Source: Balanoglossus misakiensis (Eukaryota > Animalia > Hemichordata). Taken from it: DNA of 64,000 nt. Positions 57,101 to 64,000 of the stretch are shown piece by piece. Within the stretch, counting starts at the first letter, position 1; the number at the start of each line of letters is the position of its first letter. The translations under genes were made by a program, and so were the position numbers. The stretch spans positions 6,065,625 to 6,129,624 of the forward strand of contig CM082579.2 of NCBI GenBank assembly GCA_040954595.2. The letters are read 5' to 3'. A model generated the notes under the pieces. The model saw nothing but the letters and a program-made list of their open reading frames with translations, had not been told where the DNA came from and made no database searches.

Positions 57101-58789
57101 TGCTGGAATTTTGAAAAGCGTCAATTCTCACCAGTGCGTCGCATCCCACTTGTCTGAACAGACAAGCTTGCGGCTTGTTTGTACAGTTTCCTCGTTCAGG
57201 ATCTTGGTGTTCTTTTAGCTGTAAAAAACCGGGGGTGAAGTATAACATGTTAAATCTTGTCATAGCTACACGCATGTACGTACATGCATATATACTATAT
57301 ACTGGTACGTTACTTCAACATAGGTTGTTAAATTACCTTGAATTACAATGAAGATGATGGAAGTGTTTGTGATGTATTAAGAGATTACCCACCCTTTTCC
57401 ATGGCAATGTAACCGCCTTGCAGAATTGACACTGTGCGACGCGTTCGTCACACTCGTCCAGGTGTTTCGGTATAGTCTTGTGTGGATATTCGTCATTGCA
57501 GTGTGGACACGCTGTCATTCGCATGGGGCAGTGTTTTTCCAGGTGCTCGGACAGATTCCCCCTTTTGAGAGAGGCACCGCACCCGTCTCTGTGCAAACAA
57601 TGTATCATCTCATGGTCGCAGGTGTCCACGTGTTGCTGTAAAGTGGAAAAAAAAACATACCGCACATCAGTTTGATTGCTTTATACTAGTATACGATTGA
57701 TTACTCACAACATAGAGTTATGTAACCGTTCAAGTTTTTACAATGGTACCATAACAAACACTAGTTTGCAGATGTTGCAGTCACAGGTGTTCAGGCACGT
57801 GCACAGGGATTGAGGCCTTCGCAGTGCGGAGATTACGACGCCCACAAAACCCGCGGGTATTACAGTAGCCTACCTGATAGTTCTTGAAGACGCCCTTCCA
57901 AATGCAGCCGTTATTAATACACCGCACTTTATACGCACTTAAATCTCTAAGGATTCCTCTATCAGGATAACTCTGGAATGTTAAAATAGTGATTGCAATG
58001 AGGGGAGGGTAAGGGATAGTATATGTCTCGCGTATCGCACAGGAGGAATTTCAATATGTTGCGTTCTCTACAAAATATGCAACTAGAACTCACCACGATT
58101 GCCAATCTCGCGGACGCGCTGTGGTCACTTCATCGTCGGAAGTGCAGTGGTATTTCAAAATGTCGCTACTGAAATGTCAACCATGAGCTGTCTGTCTGTC
58201 TGTCTGTCTGTCTGTCGTTGTTTGTTTGTTTGTTTGTTTATTCGTTCGCTTGTTATTAAATGTAAAACACACCTCTTCATGGTTAAGGATTGAATCCGGA
58301 ACGCCTTCATCACTGCACCCCTTGCAGTAAACCGGGTCATTGTGTCTGAAATTTAAAGCAGAACTCATGAATAACAGAATAAAGAACTGTGAAGTACTAA
58401 TTGTAGTACATGTATACGTGTACGTGTTAAATTTATTTATTTTTCTGTAATTTTTTAAACCTGTTCCTTGTAGTGCACGAAAACGTATGCATGCTATCGC
58501 AGATCTGTTAACATCTAATCGACAGATATAATCACAGCTGAAAGCATTGCTCTCGGACTCGCGACAAGATTAGGGGCAATTGATAAACTGTGAAATGACG
58601 TAAAGATTGCGGAATTTGATATCTGGACTGTGATACTTACCTACCGAGAAGGCTCTGAAAACACACAAAGCAATAACGATGGCCACAGTATGTTTGGGTT
58701 GGCCTCTTGATGACAAGTCGACACTCTAAACATCGGTATTTTTCTTCGGGTGGATTTTCGAATATTGATAAATGATAGCCTGTCGTCAT
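54140..58789 (-). CDS. TRAF2: TNF receptor-associated factor, TRAF2-like; exons 58641-58789, 58273-58345, 57874-57972, 57393-57635, 57132-57218, 54140-55159; 556 aa
   Basis: RING (KYRCLECRLVIKRPTQTYCGHRYCFVC...CKGC), five TRAF zinc fingers, coiled coil, and MATH domain (WKISDF, FYTSRSGYKMCARIYLNGDG, WPFRQKVT, LDQNNREHVIDAFRPD, MNVASGCPLF). Junctions keep frame. Orthology within the TRAF1/2/3/5 group is not tested. Confidence 0.9.
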
Positions 58790-59987
58790 GTTTTTTGTAT
58801 AGGTATTTTAGTTTACAAATAAGGGTTGTGCCAAATTTACAAGTTTGTCATTTGATGAAGAAAGGTAAAAGAAATAGTTTATTTTTTAAAATGTATTTCC
58901 TTGTTGATCCTGCAGAGTTCTGATATTTGTGAGGTTTAGTAAGGTATTATTTATAGATAACTTCTTAATGGAAGCTTTATCAGTGATTAATTTGATTAAC
59001 GGGAAGAGAATGCCAGTACGTGACTGGCAGGGAGGGGGGATATCTGTGGAGAGACAGAATTTAACCTTGATTAATTATTGTACATGTTAATGTCTAAAGT
59101 ACGAATTTGCCGAAATAAACTGTGGACAATGGTGATAATGTTAATGCTGCTGCCAAAAAGGCAGAAATAGCGATATTGATTTCGTATCGATCGCTAGAAA
59201 GGCCGTAGAATGATACATGTATGTGCAAAATAGTATTGGGGATCGCTCAAATTGAATTGCAAAAGCTTTATTCAGTTTGACATTTATCCAGTGGATTTTA
59301 AAGGTATTTTTTTTTAAAAAAAAGCACGCAGTTATTTTGACAGTATGGAAAAGCGAGGCTTCCATTGTAGTCAGCCACTGTGTGATACTCTACGATCGTT
59401 TTCCAGAGAAAGACAGCTTTTCACTTACTTTGATGAGTTGAAGAGATTCCCTTACGCGATAAGTTGTAAACAGTGTCGAGATATCCACGCCTTTATTTAC
59501 ACCTTGTCTTGTACAAAGAGGATGACAAGTTTAGGATGTCAATCACTTGCTATCCTCAAGAGAATCTGCCTCGCCTCACCGCAGACCCCCGCCTGGAAAA
59601 CAATACAAAATCGGACAAAATTTATATTATTTAATAAAAACAAAAGGCATCGTTGTACTGTTTTGTTTGTCGGCGAGGGCGCGCTATACTACTTTAATTG
59701 AATTGCCCAATTGAAGAGATAGGCCAGAATTGAGCAATAAATAACCCCCGCCGCAGGCGGGTATACATTGTACAAGAGATTTTGGTCAATTCGATACATA
59801 TAGCACGAGCCGTTAGGAACCCTTCTTCCTGGGCTGATTGGCTGTTTTGTGGCGTCTATGGTCTAGTTCTCATCCGTATCATTGTACATACACATCCGGG
59901 AAGTGTTTTGACAGCAAATCCGAGGCAAACTATACCGAAATCATGCGTCTGAATCGAACGTGGGACAAAGGTGTCAGTCGCTATTGC

Positions 59988-60095
59988 TCTCTCTCTATTT
60001 CTTCCCACTCTCTCCCCCCCCCCTTTTCTCTCTCTCCTCCTCTTTCTCTTCTTCTTCTCCTCCCTTCCCTCTCCACCTCTCCACCTCTCTCTCTC
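59988..60095 (+). repeat. CT-rich polypyrimidine low-complexity tract
   Basis: About 100 nt of almost pure C/T upstream of the TRAF coding region. Confidence 0.8.
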
Positions 60096-60422
60096 GATAT
60101 TTGCCAATTCCAACATTTACAGACACCCTTTTTGATTTTTATTCTCTTCTCTGGTCGTTTTCTGGCATATGCTGCTCTCTCGATTTATTTTATCCAAAAA
60201 TCGTCCGGATGCACCGGGTCATCAACTGGTCCAACCCTTAATGTCCCGATCGTGATTACTATGTAAATGGTTCAAATGAAGAGTGACCTCCACTGTAATA
60301 TATTACAATACTAGTCTGACATGGCAAGTACGTCATCTGGCTTGTGTACTTTGTACTCGTGTACATTTCCGATGAGCTCATTGACACAATTGAATGCCAG
60401 ATCCCATCTAGCTACGTATATT

Positions 60423-60432
60423 GGAAATTCCC
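60423..60432 (-). promoter_or_regulatory. Canonical NF-kB site upstream of the TRAF gene
   Basis: GGAAATTCCC on + equals GGGAATTTCC on -, about 1.6 kb upstream of the TRAF ATG and upstream of a probable 5' UTR exon at about 59502-59592. Confidence 0.45.
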
Positions 60433-61509
60433 GAGTTACACTGTGCGCGCAGAAAGTGCGAGCTTAAGGTGGCATTGCATGAAACCGTCGAGACTTTTTC
60501 AGAGGCCTATTTCTCATCAAAGAAAACGTTAAAACCCCCATAAACCATATATATTCTGGAAGCTGAGTTTTTGAACTTTTGTTTGAGTTGCATATATTAT
60601 TGATCCTCGGAAATGGTGGCGTTTTTGGGCTAAAACCCCCATTTTTGATATTGTGTCATTAAATTTAATTTAGGTAAAAAAGTTGGCCATGCATCTTGCA
60701 ACTTAATATGTCCTTCGAAACTAGAGTACACGTGCAAAAAAACGGTAATTTTGTTTTGCGTTATCTGCTTCCATTGAGGAGTAACATCGTTTGAAAGTTA
60801 GATTTTTAGAAAATTTGATCAAATTCACAGTGAGTTGTATTGAATCAGAGTTTATTCCCGCCAGGGACATTTTATCGACTAAAAAATCCGTTTTGTTTGA
60901 TGGGTCATATACAATCCCCTGTTAAAATTTGAGCAAATTCGGCCAACGCAGAGCGAAGCTAAATTCTTCTGAAGTTGTCAAGAGCAGCGAAAATGCAAAC
61001 TATTCAACCAGCTGTGTGCAGCTGTGTGCATGTGAACGTATTCACGGTTGTGTTCGTAGAATACAATATTATATCTGTGCTGCCGCTAGTATTTATCCTA
61101 CCTTATTGCATGGTGATAATTTGCATTATGATAATTTCTCAGGCTTCTGATGTGATCTTGGAGGTTGGAATTTGCCCCGGTTGTGCTGTGGTCGCTTCAC
61201 TTCGGCAGTGCCGATGCCTAGCCTGTGGTGGTACTGTATGTAGGTAGCGACGAGCGCTGACCTAATATATACAGTGTTATCAATCACGTGATCTGGCTAT
61301 GTGACACCACAGGGGGCTGCAAACATAAAAGTTATAAATGGCGAAGTATGTTCAGTTCTGCGTTTTCCCAACCTGTCTTATCATTTGCTAATCCAGAATA
61401 AACGCTATCAATTTCCCATTAATCACCTGCTAACGACTAAATCTATGTGCCCCATCCACGGATTAAGTTGATAAAGTAAACATTGGTCAGCGAAGTTTGT
61501 GTCGTTGGT

Positions 61510-62448
61510 TTTCAAAATCAGGCCGACCCCCCCTTCACCCAGGACCAAAAAATGATGACCCCCCTTTGACAGGCCCAAAAATATGATGACCCCCCCCTCC
61601 ACGCCGAAAACATTCGCCGTCCTGATCCTATGTACACTGTATGCAATAAAGGGAATATAAATTTCTTAAAGTAATTGAAGTATATAATAGTATATCGTTG
61701 CAATAAAGAAATCTATGAATAAATTAAAATGACAAGTCAATACAATAGTTGCTAGAATTGGTAAAACAAGAAAAGTGGCGGGGGTGGGTGTGGGAGGGGT
61801 GTACCCCCCTCCCACATAAGAAAATTTTGTAAAATACGGTGCTCAAAGTTGCATTTTAATGAACTCAAAAGCATATTAACTCAATGTTGGGGAGGACCAA
61901 TTTTACTTTTGCCACTCCCTTCAAAGTTAGCATCTGTGGGGGATGGGGTGGGCAAGTGCTATGCCCTGGTACACTAGATGTGGCGAAGAATGAAGGGGGT
62001 TGGTGTGGGAGGGGGTGTCCCCCTCCCGCATAAGAAAATTTTGTAAAATACAGTGCTCAAAGTTGCATTTTAATGAAGCAAAATAACTCAATGTTGGGGA
62101 GGACCAATTTTACTTTTGCCACTCCACTAAAAGTAAGTATCGGTGGGGTGGGGTGGCAAGTAGTCTGCCCTGGTACACTAGACAAACCAGCCAATAAATG
62201 AAATGTGGCGAAGAATGAAGGGGGTGGGTTTGGGGGTGTCCCCCTCCCACATTAGAAAATTTTGTAAAATAAAGGGCGCGAAACTGCAATTTTGTGGACT
62301 CAAAAGCAAAAGTTCGGTGGCAAAAGTATGTGACCCCCCTAAACGTTTACAAAAAAAAGATGACTCCCCCTTTTGGACTTCAAAATTTAAGCGACCCCCC
62401 TGGATTTTGCCGCCCCCCCCCCGGCCGTAAAAACTGAACGGTCCCTAA
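61510..62448. mobile_element. Probable non-autonomous DNA transposon remnant with internal about 200-bp tandem repeats
   Basis: Unit (ccctcccacataagaaaattttgtaaaatac...gttggggaggaccaattttacttttgccactcc...gccctggtacactaga) at about 61775-61978, 61979-62181 and partially 62204-62305; short aaaaatgatgacccccc repeats near both ends; terminus-like ...ccggccgtaaaaactgaacggtccctaa. The repeats are directly visible; the transposon call is inference. Confidence 0.55.
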
Positions 62449-64000
62449 CTGCCGCCTGAGCGCGCCTGACGTCATTCGAAGAATAGCATGTATAGTGTGC
62501 ATAGATCCGCCCCCTCGCTCATTAACATTTAAACGAGTTGGCACACATTCATTTTTGGGGGGTGGTGGGTGGGTAAATACCCCAATGCTGGTAAGCCTTT
62601 ACTTTTAAACAGATACATATAAGAAGTTTGAATATTTTATCTGTGACAGGTATCCACAGCGCAAATGATCCTTCCAGTTTCGGTGATAGAGTTTCCCTTT
62701 CAGATCACTTGTGAAAATCTGAAACATTACGTAAATGTTGACCTGTAACCAGTTTCGCTCAGGATATCACTCCATCAATATTACCAGCTTTAATCCACCT
62801 GTATCACATTCTTTTTGTACGGCCATTCATCGAAATTACTGTCTCATGAGGCGACTTCTACAGCAGGTCACAACTAGATCTGCTCGTCAACGATAATAAG
62901 AAAATGTTCATATGCACGTCATACGAATCAACCACATTATAAAGCACCATTACTTCTCTTTACTCCACTTGGTGGAACACAATAGCTCGCTTAGTTTTTA
63001 CATGGGTGCGGCGATGTGCATCTGTTCACACGTCCTGAAATGAAAATGAAAGTTCAATATTCCACTTACCTACCTATCTATACCTATACATGTACCTGCA
63101 TGTATGTTCACATCCTGTAATAAATTAGATCGGTACAATGACAATTTTTGTTATTAATTTTGAAGTTGAGATTGATTGGTGATTTAATCATATCCTCCTT
63201 ATTCACCCATGTTAGCCAAGAGGCTGCCTTCAGCTTTCTGATTAAGTATATTTATTCATTGGATGACACCTCTATGTATCATTGAAAATTAATAGCGTGC
63301 ATATATCCTTTATGTGCAATTTCTCCACGCAGGTAATATATTTGAAATTAATGTATTGACCATGCAGTTACAGTTGCATACGAGGAACAGGGCCCAAAAT
63401 GGCACATGCGACTGTCGACAGTCTATCACTTTACCACTGACATCATGTATATCAAAACGTAGTTTTATATTTATTACAACATATGTAATGAAATACTTCA
63501 CTTTCATCGTCCACTTCAGTCCCATTATATATGCAACAGTAATACGCTGCAATCAACGTACACGTTGCAGCCATGTCTGAAAATTAAAAAACGAACGATG
63601 TATTATATGCAACCAAGTATGTTACTTGACAAATGGCAGCGATTTCACTGCATTGCACATTTTAAATAAACGATTATTTACCTTTATAATACATTTTACC
63701 CGATTTCTACAGCACCTACGACTTGATAGATCAGCGAGTTGAATGCGTGTTCAATGCAAAGCAATGAATAACTCACTGCAGCTTTATGCTTAAGGTAAAA
63801 TTGTATAGTACAAATATATTTTGAAACAATCTTCAGAAAATATCGTTCTGAGGGTCATATTTCTCTGATTGATGTATTATATATGTAAAGTGTATACGAC
63901 CTGTTGACAAGTGTTTACCGTATACATGTATATAGGGGAGCATAATGCTCAGATGCCATTTTCAGAAAGGGGGTTTCCGATCTATTTGTATAGGACACGT

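Noticed and set aside
61775-62305. Repeat array as CRISPR-like
   Set aside because: Eukaryotic context, about 200-bp diverged units with no unique spacers and no cas genes.
62985-63050. Strong minus-strand acceptor followed by VNRCTSPHPCKN*, reminiscent of an EGF repeat start
   Set aside because: All three frames stop within about 15 codons and no upstream coding exon was identified in the window; cannot support a gene call.

Overview
Eukaryotic, intron-rich animal DNA, most likely an invertebrate deuterostome (inferred from gene content and protein similarity recalled by eye; no search run). Left to right: three tandem two-exon METTL7/TMT1-like methyltransferase genes (+, 3105-11277); a candidate unannotated spliced micropeptide gene (+, 12081-12844); a large multi-exon PCM1 gene (-, CDS 14970-33405) head-to-head with TRAPPC2/sedlin (+, CDS 37157-38350, with a U12 AT-AC intron); an intronless orphan class A GPCR (+, 42390-43562); and a convergent pair of an EDA2R/TROY-like TNF receptor with a death domain (+, 47856-51610) and a TRAF2-like adaptor (-, 54140-58789), with NF-kB/AP-1/CRE/IRF-like motifs. 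Intergenic and intronic DNA has microsatellites, tiny MITE-like foldbacks, diverged duplications and a locally templated insertion with a 16-bp target duplication. Exon boundaries were placed by hand from splice signals and frame continuity.
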